This document shows positions 40,911 to 50,002 of a stretch of DNA of 64,000 nucleotides, piece after piece. The stretch is from the NCBI RefSeq assembly GCF_044324875.1, contig NZ_CP172185.1. One strand, written 5' to 3'. The notes below the pieces were generated by a model, which was not told where the DNA came from, ran no database searches, and saw nothing but the letters and a program-made list of their open reading frames with translations. The DNA comes from Escherichia coli (GTDB taxonomy: Bacteria > Pseudomonadota > Gammaproteobacteria > Enterobacterales > Enterobacteriaceae). Made by a program: the position numbers and the translations under genes. The first letter of the stretch is position 1; every line of letters starts with the position of its first letter.

Positions 40911-41444
40911 ATGAACGCAAAAATCAGATACGGCCTGTCGGCTGCCGTTCTGGCGCTGATTGGTGCTGGCGCATCTGCTCCTCAGATACTTGATCAGTTT
41001 CTGGACGAAAAAGAGGGTAACCACACAACGGCATACCGCGATGGGTCCGGCATCTGGACCATCTGTCGGGGTGCCACGATGGTGGATGGAAAACCCGTTT
41101 TTCCCGGAATGAAGCTGTCGAAGGAAAAATGCGACCAGGTTAACGCTATTGAACGTGATAAGGCACTGGCATGGGTGGAGCGCAATATTAAAGTACCTCT
41201 GACCGAACCACAGAAAGCGGGTATTGCGTCATTCTGTCCCTATAACATTGGCCCCGGTAAGTGTTTCCCGTCGACGTTTTATAAGCGGCTTAATGCCGGT
41301 GATCGAAAAGGCGCCTGCGAGGCGATTCGCTGGTGGATAAAGGATGGTGGGCGTGACTGCCGTATCCGTTCAAATAACTGCTATGGACAGGTTATTCGTC
41401 GTGACCAGGAAAGCGCATTAGCCTGTTGGGGGATAGATCAGTGA
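40911..41444 (+). CDS. R: SAR endolysin (GH24 lysozyme, P21 R type)
   Basis: 177 aa. The N-terminal weakly hydrophobic Gly/Ala-rich segment [21 protein letters not shown] is SAR-like. The catalytic region is [20 protein letters not shown]. Confidence 0.88.
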   Translation: MNAKIRYGLSAAVLALIGAGASAPQILDQFLDEKEGNHTTAYRDGSGIWTICRGATMVDGKPVFPGMKLSKEKCDQVNAIERDKALAWVERNIKVPLTEPQKAGIASFCPYNIGPGKCFPSTFYKRLNAGDRKGACEAIRWWIKDGGRDCRIRSNNCYGQVIRRDQESALACWGIDQ

Positions 41445-41908
41445 GCAGAGTCGCCGCGATTATTTATGCTCTGGTTATCTGCATCATCGTCTGCCTGTCG
41501 TTGGCGGTCAATCATTACCGTGATAACGCCATAGCCTACAAAGAACAACGTGATAAAAAAGTCAGTGAGCTGAAGCAGGCGACCGCCACCATCGCTGACA
41601 TGCAGCAGCGTCAGCGTGATGTTGCTGCGCTCGATGCAAAATACACGAAGGAGTTAGCTGATGCGAAAGCTGAAAATGATGCTCTTCGGCGCAAGCTTGA
41701 TAATGGTGGCAGGGTGCTCGTCAAAGGAAAATGCCCTGTGCCATCCTCAGCCGAAACCTCCAGCGCCTCCGGCATGGGCAATGATGCCACCGTCGAACTC
41801 TCTCCAGTTGCTGGACGAAACGTTCTCGGTATCCGGGACGGAATTATCCGCGACCAGACAGCACTGAGAACGCTTCAGGAATACATCAGGACGCAATGCC
41901 TTCGATGA
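41441..41908 (+). CDS. Rz: Spanin, inner-membrane subunit Rz
   Basis: 155 aa from a GTG start ([31 protein letters not shown]...). Very close to lambda Rz as I recall it. Confidence 0.88.
   Translation: MSRVAAIIYALVICIIVCLSLAVNHYRDNAIAYKEQRDKKVSELKQATATIADMQQRQRDVAALDAKYTKELADAKAENDALRRKLDNGGRVLVKGKCPVPSSAETSSASGMGNDATVELSPVAGRNVLGIRDGIIRDQTALRTLQEYIRTQCLR
41661..41867 (+). CDS. Rz1: Spanin, outer-membrane lipoprotein subunit Rz1 (embedded in Rz, +1 frame)
   Basis: [19 protein letters not shown] lipobox followed by a proline-rich segment [11 protein letters not shown], as in lambda Rz1. Confidence 0.8.
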   Translation: MRKLKMMLFGASLIMVAGCSSKENALCHPQPKPPAPPAWAMMPPSNSLQLLDETFSVSGTELSATRQH

Positions 41909-42082
41909 TAGCGATAATTTTACTCATCATCCTTCACATCTGGCTCTGTAGACAGGGTGGTGATCACTTCTGGAGTGAATCCAGATTAAACATCTCATTG
42001 CTGATGCTTGATATTGAGCATCTGGCGCGCGGTAAGGGGCTGCGTTGAGATAAGAGCCAGTCATTAAAAATACCTGGATTTA

Positions 42083-42109
42083 GCCTCGCATTCGCGGGGC
42101 TTTTTTATT
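42083..42109 (+). terminator. Intrinsic terminator after the lysis cassette
   Basis: gcctcgc-attc-gcggggc stem-loop followed by ttttttatt. Confidence 0.75.
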
Positions 42110-42540
42110 GCCATTACAAAAGCCACTCCCTACAGAGTGGCTTTGATAATGGCTTATACCCTACACGGGATAACTTAACTGATATCCCTTTTAACGGATA
42201 AAGGTATTCAAGCCTGACACATCATGCGCTGTATCGTCGCTGTATTCCCGCATTAACCATGACCGTAGCCCGACGGGGAACTCCTTCTGCGCGAGTGTGC
42301 GGGAATAATCAAAAACGATGCACACCGGGTTTTTACCGCGCTAATGATTCGCGGGTTTGTCCCTCATGCTCGCCAGTCCGGTGCGATGGTGGAAGAAACC
42401 GGAAGCTGTATTACAGAAAGTGCTACTACTGTATCCTGATGCGATGTATGTAATGTGAGTCAGATAATGGCACAGGATGTGGTGATGTGGCAGTCTGGAA
42501 CACAGGATATATTGTCAGAATAAGACCCGTAGGAATAAAA

Positions 42541-42867
42541 ATGAAAAGACGCCTTTCACTACTTTTTCTGTTATCTGCCCTGGCAGTGGGATGCTCGCAG
42601 CAAAAAGCTGATGAGCCCCGGCAATTAGTGACGGTGTATCCACGATATCCGGAATATGCTGCAGCAAATTATATCAAGGGGCTGGTTGAGGTTAAGTTCG
42701 ATATTGGTGCTGACGGGACTGTGACACGGATCGTTTTTCTCCGCTCAGAGCCTCATAATTTGTTTCGTGATGAAGTGGTGAAGGCCATGGCGAAATGGAG
42801 ATTTGAAAAGAATAGTCCCCGTCAGGGAGTGAAGAGACAATTTATCTTTACGCCATCACGTCCCTGA
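42541..42867 (+). CDS. Lipoprotein consisting of a TonB C-terminal-like domain
   Basis: 108 aa. The signal peptide has the lipobox LAVGC followed by Ser (+2). The segment YPRYPEYAAANYIKGLVEVKFDIGADGTVTRIVFLRSEPHNLFRDEVVKAMAKWRFEK parallels the E. coli TonB CTD ([54 protein letters not shown]) as I recall it. Confidence 0.8.
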   Translation: MKRRLSLLFLLSALAVGCSQQKADEPRQLVTVYPRYPEYAAANYIKGLVEVKFDIGADGTVTRIVFLRSEPHNLFRDEVVKAMAKWRFEKNSPRQGVKRQFIFTPSRP

Positions 42868-43231
42868 TGCTTCCAGGTAGAGAGGGGCTGGAAGCAGGAG
42901 AAAAATGAAAGAGCCAGCGGTTATATTTTTGTCATGGCTGACGAGAAATGATGGAAGAAGGCGTTGTATGCCACACAACGCCTCACTGTTCATTTCTTCT
43001 TTTTCTCTGGTGTAACCCGATGAATAAGAGTTGCACTGGTTTCCGATGAGATGGCGATATGCTCGGGCAAAGTATGCTGGCAGTTTTCCAACTGGTCAAA
43101 AATACCTGCTCTCGTCTGTTGCAATGCCTGCAGCATGCGGCGGCAATGCGCCTTTGCTTTTGCTAACCATCTTTCCTTACTCTATCAGTCGCTGCGTGAA
43201 CTCATCATGGAATACCAGGTAAATGCGGATG

Positions 43232-43483
43232 TTATCGGTTTTGGCTACGCAGCATAGTACAAAACGGACAGGTGCATCCCGGAATGGGGGAGGCGTCACA
43301 TGTCCCTGTGATGGTTGTTCCGGGTAATGCACTGTGTGGGGCATAAAAATGTCCGATAATTTTACTTTCTACCGCAGTTAGTTGATTCGTTGGTCCTGGT
43401 AGCACATTGGGCGAGGGTTTAAATGCCAGGCAACTGAAGGATGATGTTGCAAGGGAGATAGCGAGAATATTTCTGATTTTCAT
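43232..43483 (-). CDS. Secreted 83-aa Cys-rich protein of unknown function
   Basis: From MKIRNILAISLATSSFSCLA (signal peptide). The mature part contains GTCDASPIPGCTCPFC. The track ORF is extended upstream. Confidence 0.6.
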   Translation of the reverse strand: MKIRNILAISLATSSFSCLAFKPSPNVLPGPTNQLTAVESKIIGHFYAPHSALPGTTITGTCDASPIPGCTCPFCTMLRSQNR

Positions 43484-43602
43484 TTGATGATGCCTCTGTG
43501 TGAAATGACGGTAAACGACGCACTTGTGCCGGCACATAATAGCAAGCATCAGAATAGATCAGATTCGATTCTTGCTGTAAGTGATAATTATTCTCGTTTT
43601 TT

Positions 43603-43730
43603 TCGGGTCCTTTCCGGCGATCCAACAGGTTACGGGGCGTCGACCTCGCGCAAAACAACTCCTTATGAAATTTTTACGGGAAATTCAGATCCGTTCTTCT
43701 TTCTTGTAAGTCATTGTGTATATTGAATTT
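43603..43730 (+). other. cos: cos region (cosQ-cosN-cosB); cosN 12-nt cohesive-end sequence at 43635-43646
   Basis: tcctttccggcgatccaacaggttacg|GGGCGTCGACCT|cgcg... parallels the lambda right-end and left-end sequences (...GATCCGACAGGTTACG | GGGCGGCGACCTCGCGGG), with one mismatch in the 12-mer. Confidence 0.85.
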
Positions 43731-43838
43731 TATTTGTTCTGAGAAAGGATCTGATAAGGCTTCGTTTCGCCTGAAAAGGCAGTTTTAAGATCCTTTCTTA
43801 AAAAAACGGGTCATTTTCTTGCTGGAGGGGATGCTGGT

Positions 43839-44387
43839 GTGAGGGTTAACAAGAAAAAGCTGGCTGAGATTTTTGATGTTGATGTGCGGACTATATCCAC
43901 CTGGCAAAATCAGGGGCTGCCGCTGATATCAGGCGGCGGGAAAGGGAATGAAGCGATTTTTGATACGGGAAAAGCGATTGAGTGGTTCGCTCAGCGTGAG
44001 GCCGACATTGAAAATGAAAAACTTCGTAAGGAAGTCGACGATATGCGCGTGGCTGCTGAGTCGGATCTGCAGCCCGGTACGATTGATTACGAACGCTACC
44101 GTCTCACAAAAGCACAGGCAGATGCGCAGGAACTGAAAAATGCTCGTGAGGAAGGGCTGGTTCTTGAAACGGAATTATTTACCTACATTTTTCAGCGAGT
44201 TGCGCAGAATATATCCGGGATCCTTGTTCGTGTTCCGCAGACACTGCAGCGTAAATACCCTGATATATCACCAGCACATCTTGATGCTGTGAAAACTGAA
44301 ATCGCGAAAGCATCCGATGTGGCTTCTGAATCAGGTGAGAATGTGTGCAGGTGGATTGATGATTTCAGACGAGCTGAGGGCGGCTAA
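43839..44387 (+). CDS. nu1: Terminase small subunit
   Basis: 182 aa with a GTG start after GGAGGGG. Resembles lambda Nu1 (…NKKKLAEIF…GGGKGNE…IENEKLR…[25 protein letters not shown]). Confidence 0.9.
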   Translation: MRVNKKKLAEIFDVDVRTISTWQNQGLPLISGGGKGNEAIFDTGKAIEWFAQREADIENEKLRKEVDDMRVAAESDLQPGTIDYERYRLTKAQADAQELKNAREEGLVLETELFTYIFQRVAQNISGILVRVPQTLQRKYPDISPAHLDAVKTEIAKASDVASESGENVCRWIDDFRRAEGG

Positions 44388-46287
44388 CTCTACAGGAGCG
44401 ATAACGACTGGTCTCCTTGCGCTAAAAATTCCTGTACCCCTGACGACAGTTCAGTGGGCAGATCAACATTATTACCTGCCGAAAGAGTCGTCTTACACAC
44501 CAGGGCGGTGGGAAACATTGCCGTTTCAGGTTGCCATAATGAACAGTATGGGTAATGACCTGATCCGCACTGTTAATCTGATTAAATCTGCCCGTGTTGG
44601 TTATACAAAAATGCTGTTGGGAGTGGAGGCTTATTTTATTGAGCATAAATCCCGCAACAGTCTGCTTTTTCAGCCCACGGACTCAGCTGCTGAAGATTTT
44701 ATGAAATCTCATGTTGAGCCAACGATAAGGGATGTTCCTGCATTGCTGGAGCTGGCTCCATGGTTCGGAAGAAAACACCGCGATAATACGCTCACCCTGA
44801 AGCGTTTTTCCTCCGGTGTGGGGTTCTGGTGTCTGGGTGGTGCGGCAGCAAAAAATTACCGTGAAAAATCCGTGGATGTGGTCTGTTATGACGAGCTTTC
44901 CTCGTTCGAACCGGATGTTGAAAAAGAGGGCTCGCCAACCCTGCTGGGGGATAAGCGTATTGAGGGCTCTGTATGGCCAAAATCCATTCGCGGCTCGACG
45001 CCTAAAATCAAAGGCTCCTGCCAGATCGAAAAAGCCGCTAACGAGTCGGCACATTTCATGCGTTTTTATGTGCCCTGCCCGCACTGTGGGGAGGAGCAGT
45101 ATCTGAAATTTGGTGATGATGCCTCGCCTTTCGGTCTTAAGTGGGAGAAGGACAGCCCCGAAAGCGTTTTCTACCTTTGTGAGCATCATGGCTGTGTGAT
45201 CCATCAGTCTGAGCTTGACCAGAGTAACGGGCGGTGGATCTGTGAAAACACGGGGATGTGGACCCGTGACGGCCTGATGTTTTTCAGCGCCCGGGGTGAT
45301 GAAATTCCGCCGCCGCGCTCCATCACTTTCCATATCTGGACGGCGTACAGTCCGTTCACCACCTGGGTACAGATAGTCTATGACTGGCTGGATGCACTGA
45401 AAGATCCCAACGGCCTGAAAACCTTTGTGAACACCACGCTGGGCGAGACCTGGGAAGAGGCCGTGGGCGAAAAACTCGATCACCAGGTACTGATGGATAA
45501 GGTTGTGCGTTACACGGCGGCGGTGCCTGCCCGGGTGGTTTATCTGACGGCGGGCATTGACTCGCAGCGAAACCGTTTTGAGATGTATGTCTGGGGATGG
45601 GCTCCGGGAGAGGAAGCCTTTCTGGTGGATAAAATCATTATTATGGGGCGTCCCGATGAGGAAGAGACGCTGTTACGTGTGGATGCAGCGATCAACAAAA
45701 AATACTGCCATGCAGACGGAACCGAAATGACCATTTCCCGTGTCTGCTGGGACATCGGGGGGATCGATGGAGAAATCGTTTATCAGAGGTCAAAAAAACA
45801 CGGTGTTTTCCGGGTGCTGCCGGTAAAAGGCGCATCTGTCTATGGCAAGCCGGTGATCACCATGCCAAAAACCCGCAATCAGCGGGGCGTGTATCTGTGT
45901 GAAGTGGGCACGGACACCGCAAAAGAAATTCTCTATGCCCGTATGAAAGCCGCTCCCACGCCTGCGGATGAATCCACGTCGTATGCCATCCGTTTTCCTG
46001 ATGATCCGGAGATTTTTTCGCAGACAGAGGCGCAGCAACTGGTCGCGGAAGAGCTTGTGGAGAAGTGGGAAAAAGGAAAGATGCGTCTGCTGTGGGATAA
46101 CAAAAAGCGGCGTAACGAAGCGCTGGACTGCCTGGTGTATGCCTACGCGGCATTACGTGTGTCCGTGCAACGCTGGCAGCTTGATCTGGCTGTACTGGCA
46201 AAATCCCGGGAAGAAGAGACGACCCGGCCAACCCTTAAAGAACTGGCAGCGAAGCTGTCCGGAGGAGTGAATGGTTACAGTCGCTGA
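44359..46287 (+). CDS. A: Terminase large subunit
   Basis: 642 aa from [10 protein letters not shown], colinear with lambda gpA (…[22 protein letters not shown]…, KRRNEALDC…). Confidence 0.93.
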   Translation: MISDELRAANSTGAITTGLLALKIPVPLTTVQWADQHYYLPKESSYTPGRWETLPFQVAIMNSMGNDLIRTVNLIKSARVGYTKMLLGVEAYFIEHKSRNSLLFQPTDSAAEDFMKSHVEPTIRDVPALLELAPWFGRKHRDNTLTLKRFSSGVGFWCLGGAAAKNYREKSVDVVCYDELSSFEPDVEKEGSPTLLGDKRIEGSVWPKSIRGSTPKIKGSCQIEKAANESAHFMRFYVPCPHCGEEQYLKFGDDASPFGLKWEKDSPESVFYLCEHHGCVIHQSELDQSNGRWICENTGMWTRDGLMFFSARGDEIPPPRSITFHIWTAYSPFTTWVQIVYDWLDALKDPNGLKTFVNTTLGETWEEAVGEKLDHQVLMDKVVRYTAAVPARVVYLTAGIDSQRNRFEMYVWGWAPGEEAFLVDKIIIMGRPDEEETLLRVDAAINKKYCHADGTEMTISRVCWDIGGIDGEIVYQRSKKHGVFRVLPVKGASVYGKPVITMPKTRNQRGVYLCEVGTDTAKEILYARMKAAPTPADESTSYAIRFPDDPEIFSQTEAQQLVAEELVEKWEKGKMRLLWDNKKRRNEALDCLVYAYAALRVSVQRWQLDLAVLAKSREEETTRPTLKELAAKLSGGVNGYSR

Positions 46288-46477
46288 ACTGCAGGCGCTG
46301 CGTCAGGCGCGCCTTGATTTATTAACCGGTAAACGGGTGGTGTCTGTCCAGAAAGATGGTCGCAGAATTGAATATACGGCGGCTTCTCTGGATGAGCTTA
46401 ACCGGGCGATCAATGATGCGGAGTCGGTACTGGGGACAACCCGACGTCGCCGTCGTCCGCTGGGAGTGAGGTTATGA
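46271..46477 (+). CDS. W: Head-tail joining protein W
   Basis: 68 aa with LTGKRVVSVQKDGRRIEYTA, as in lambda gpW. Confidence 0.88.
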   Translation: MVTVAELQALRQARLDLLTGKRVVSVQKDGRRIEYTAASLDELNRAINDAESVLGTTRRRRRPLGVRL

Positions 46478-48066
46478 AAAGAACGCCTGTCCTGATTGAT
46501 GTGAACGGCGTTCCGCTTCGTGAGAGTCTCAGCTACAACGGGGGCGGCGCAGGATTTGGCGGGCAAATGGCGGAGTGGTTGCCACCGGCGCAGAGTGTCG
46601 ATGCGGCCCTGCTGCCCGCGTTGCGTCTGGGGAATGCCCGGGCAGATGATCTGGTGCGCAATAACGGAATAGCGGCTAATGCGGTGGCCCTGCATAAGGA
46701 TCACATAGTCGGGCATATGTTTCTGATCAGCTACCGTCCGAACTGGCGCTGGCTGGGGATGCGGGAGACCGCAGCAAAAAGCTTTGTCGATGAGGTGGAG
46801 GCGGCCTGGTCGGAATACGCCGAAGGGATGTCTGGCGAGATCGACGTGGAAGGAAAACGCACGTTCACGGAATTTATCCGGGAAGGCGTGGGCGTTCATG
46901 CGTTTAACGGCGAAATCTTTGTGCAGCCGGTCTGGGATGCGGAGACTACGCAGCTGTTTCGTACGCGTTTTAAAGCCGTGAGTCCGAAACGGGTGGACAC
47001 GCCTGGACACGGTATGGGGAACCGCTTTCTGCGGGCCGGGGTGGAGGTCGATCGGCATGGACGGGCCGTTGCGTACCATATCTGTGAGGATGATTTTCCG
47101 CTCTCTGGTAGTGGACGATGGGAACGGATCCCGCGTGAACTTCCCACCGGGCGTCCGGCCATGCTGCATATTTTCGAGCCGGTTGAGGACGGGCAGACCC
47201 GTGGGGCTAATCAGTTTTACAGCGTCATGGAACGGCTGAAAATGCTCGATTCCCTGCAGGCAACACAGCTTCAGTCAGCCATAGTGAAGGCGATGTATGC
47301 AGCGACGATTGAAAGTGAACTTGATACCGAAAAGGCCTTTGAATATATCGCCGGTGCGCCGGAGGGGCAGAAGGATAATCCGCTTATTAATATTCTGGAG
47401 AAGTTCTCCAGCTGGTATGACACGAATAACGTGACACTGGGCGGTGTCAAAATTCCGCACCTTTTCCCCGGTGATGATCTGAAACTACAGACTGCGCAGG
47501 ATTCAGACAATGGATTTTCTGCGCTTGAACAGGCGCTGCTGCGGTATATCGCCGCCGGTCTTGGCGTTTCCTACGAACAGTTGTCCCGTGATTACTCGAA
47601 GGTCAGTTATTCAAGTGCCCGCGCCTCCGCCAATGAGTCGTGGCGCTATTTTATGGGGCGGCGAAAATTTATTGCGGCCCGGCTGGCCACGCAGATGTTT
47701 TCCTGCTGGCTGGAAGAGGCTCTTCTGCGGGGGATTATTCGTCCGCCACGGGCGCGTTTTGATTTTTATCAGGCGCGTTCATCCTGGTCACGGGCAGAGT
47801 GGATTGGAGCCGGAAGAATGGCCATTGACGGGCTCAAGGAGGTCCAGGAATCGGTGATGCGCATTGAGGCCGGACTGAGCACGTATGAGAAAGAGCTGGC
47901 GCTGATGGGTGAGGATTATCAGGACATTTTCCGCCAGCAGGTCAGGGAATCTGCAGAGCGGGAAAAAGCCGGACTCTCACGTCCGGTGTGGATAGCGCAG
48001 GCGTATCAGCAGCAGATAGCGGCGAGTCGCAGGCCGGAAGAGGAGACAACACCACGTGAGACGTAA
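46474..48066 (+). CDS. B: Portal protein
   Basis: 530 aa in the position of lambda gpB, with similar length and sequence. Confidence 0.92.
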   Translation: MKRTPVLIDVNGVPLRESLSYNGGGAGFGGQMAEWLPPAQSVDAALLPALRLGNARADDLVRNNGIAANAVALHKDHIVGHMFLISYRPNWRWLGMRETAAKSFVDEVEAAWSEYAEGMSGEIDVEGKRTFTEFIREGVGVHAFNGEIFVQPVWDAETTQLFRTRFKAVSPKRVDTPGHGMGNRFLRAGVEVDRHGRAVAYHICEDDFPLSGSGRWERIPRELPTGRPAMLHIFEPVEDGQTRGANQFYSVMERLKMLDSLQATQLQSAIVKAMYAATIESELDTEKAFEYIAGAPEGQKDNPLINILEKFSSWYDTNNVTLGGVKIPHLFPGDDLKLQTAQDSDNGFSALEQALLRYIAAGLGVSYEQLSRDYSKVSYSSARASANESWRYFMGRRKFIAARLATQMFSCWLEEALLRGIIRPPRARFDFYQARSSWSRAEWIGAGRMAIDGLKEVQESVMRIEAGLSTYEKELALMGEDYQDIFRQQVRESAEREKAGLSRPVWIAQAYQQQIAASRRPEEETTPRET

Positions 48067-49561
48067 TCTTTCACACATTATTGCCGCAGCATTCAATGAA
48101 CCGCTGCTTCTGGAGCCCGCCTATGCGCGGGTTTTCTTTTGCGCGCTCGGGCGCGAGATGGGGGCAGCAAGTCTTTCGGTACCACAACAGCAGGTACAGC
48201 TTGATGCTCCCGGAATGCTGGCTGAAACGGACGAGTACATGGCCGGAGGTAAACGACCGGCCCGTGTTTACCGGGTGGTGAACGGTATTGCTGTACTGCC
48301 GGTGACCGGCATGCTGGTGCACCGGCTGGGTGGTATGCGGCCATTTTCCGGAATGACAGGCTATGACGGCATTGTCGCCTGTCTTCAGCAGGCAATGGCG
48401 GACACCGCTGTCCGGGGCGTACTGCTGGACATTGACAGTCCGGGCGGGCAGGCCGCAGGCGCGTTTGACTGTGCTGACATGATTTACCGCCTCCGTCAGC
48501 AGAAGCCGGTCTGGGCACTGTGCAATGACACGGCCTGTTCTGCAGCCATGCTGCTGGCGTCGGCCTGCTCCCGACGGCTGGTTACCCAGACATCCCGTAT
48601 CGGCTCCATTGGCGTGATGATGAGCCATCTCAGCTATGCCGGTCATCTGGCGCAGGCCGGTGTGGATATCACGCTGATTTATGCCGGGGCGCACAAGGTG
48701 GATGGCAATCAGTTTGAAGCCTTACCGGAAGAGGTGCGTCAGGACATGCAGCAGCGCATTGATGCGGCACACCGGATGTTTGCCGAAAAAGTGGCGATGT
48801 ATACCGGGCTGTCTGTGGATGTGGTCACGGGAACAGAGGCCGCCGTTTTTGAAGGTCAGTCCGGCATTGAGGCCGGGCTGGCGGATGAATTAGTCAATGC
48901 GTCGGATGCCATCAGTGTGATGACCACGGCGCTGTACACACATGATACAGGAGGCACTATGCCGCAATTAACTGCAACGGAAGCCGCCGTGCAGGAGAAC
49001 CAGCGAGTGATGGGGATCCTGACGAGTAAGGAAGCGAAAGGACGTGAACAGCTTGCCACGATGCTGGCGGGACAACAGGGCATGAGCGTTGAACAGGCCC
49101 GGGAGATCCTGGCCGCGGCGGCACCACAGCAGCCGGTGGCATCCGCGCAGAGTGAAGCCGATCGCATTATGGCGTGTGAAGAGGCGAAAGGTCGTGAACA
49201 ACTGGCGGCAACGCTGGCGGCGATGCCGGAGATGACGGTGGAAAAAGCCCGCCCGATCCTGGCAGCTTCACCGCAGGCGGATGCCGGACCATCACTCCGT
49301 GATCAGATCATGGCCCTGGATGAGGCAAAAGGGGCTGAGGCGCAGGCTGAACAGCTGGCTGCCTGCCCGGGAATGACCGTGGAGAACGCCCGGGCTGTGC
49401 TGGCTGCGGGGTCAGGTAAGGCAGAACCGGTCTCTGCATCCACAACCGCCATGTTTGAACATTTCATGGCGAACCATTCACCGGCAGCGGTACAGGGTGG
49501 CGTGCCACAGACGTCAGCAGACGGTGATGCGGACGTGAAAATGCTCATGGCCATGCCATGA
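48056..49561 (+). CDS. C: Head maturation protease C with nested scaffold (Nu3) region; C-terminal motif triplicated
   Basis: 501 aa with a GTG start. It has a ClpP/SppA-like core (…NEPLLLEPAYARVFFCAL…DSPGGQAAGAFDCAD…). The C-terminal ~47-aa motif occurs three times. Confidence 0.9.
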   Translation: MRRNLSHIIAAAFNEPLLLEPAYARVFFCALGREMGAASLSVPQQQVQLDAPGMLAETDEYMAGGKRPARVYRVVNGIAVLPVTGMLVHRLGGMRPFSGMTGYDGIVACLQQAMADTAVRGVLLDIDSPGGQAAGAFDCADMIYRLRQQKPVWALCNDTACSAAMLLASACSRRLVTQTSRIGSIGVMMSHLSYAGHLAQAGVDITLIYAGAHKVDGNQFEALPEEVRQDMQQRIDAAHRMFAEKVAMYTGLSVDVVTGTEAAVFEGQSGIEAGLADELVNASDAISVMTTALYTHDTGGTMPQLTATEAAVQENQRVMGILTSKEAKGREQLATMLAGQQGMSVEQAREILAAAAPQQPVASAQSEADRIMACEEAKGREQLAATLAAMPEMTVEKARPILAASPQADAGPSLRDQIMALDEAKGAEAQAEQLAACPGMTVENARAVLAAGSGKAEPVSASTTAMFEHFMANHSPAAVQGGVPQTSADGDADVKMLMAMP

Positions 49562-49597
49562 AGTCAGTGCTGACCATCAATATGAGGTTTTGACAAT

Positions 49598-49945
49598 ATG
49601 GTGACGAAAACCATCACTGAACAGCGTGCGGAAGTACGTATTTTTGCCGGTAATGATCCGGCTCACACCGCCACAGGCAGCAGCGGGATTTCCTCGGCAA
49701 CACCGGCACTGACGCCCCTGATGCTGGATGAAGCCACCGGGAAACTGGTGGTCTGGGACGGACAGAAAGCCGGAGGTGCGGTTGGCATACTGGTACTGCC
49801 GCTTGAAGGCACAGAGACGGTGCTGACGTATTACAAGTCGGGGACTTTTGCGACGGAGGCAATCCGCTGGCCTGACAGTGTGGATGAACACAAAAAGGCC
49901 AACGCCTTTGCCGGGAGTGCCCTGAGTCACGCGGCGCTGCCGTAA
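49598..49945 (+). CDS. D: Head decoration protein
   Basis: 115 aa with DPAHTAT...TPLMLD...YKSGTF, as in lambda gpD. Confidence 0.9.
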   Translation: MVTKTITEQRAEVRIFAGNDPAHTATGSSGISSATPALTPLMLDEATGKLVVWDGQKAGGAVGILVLPLEGTETVLTYYKSGTFATEAIRWPDSVDEHKKANAFAGSALSHAALP

Positions 49946-50002
49946 CACGTTATCAGGCCACCGCGGTGGCCTGACTGATTTCAGAATGAAAGGAACTGAT
50001 TT

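Noticed and set aside
42259-42453. 64-aa plus-strand Cys/Arg-rich ORF
   Set aside because: There are no translation signals, and the composition is odd. It lies in a region with terminator-like hairpins, so it is probably non-coding.
42990-43136. 48-aa minus-strand ORF (MLQALQQTRAGIFDQLENCQHTLPEHIAISSETSATLIHRVTPEKKKK) followed by an 8-bp hairpin (ggcgttgt/acaacgcc, 42963-42985)
   Set aside because: There is no Shine-Dalgarno sequence, and an upstream frame is interrupted by stops. It may be the remnant of a longer decayed gene. Support is not enough to call a CDS.
44683-47169. Long minus-strand ORFs (266 aa and 288 aa) within terminase and portal genes
   Set aside because: They are opposite genes colinear with lambda A, W and B. 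The G+C-rich phage DNA produces long stop-free antisense frames.
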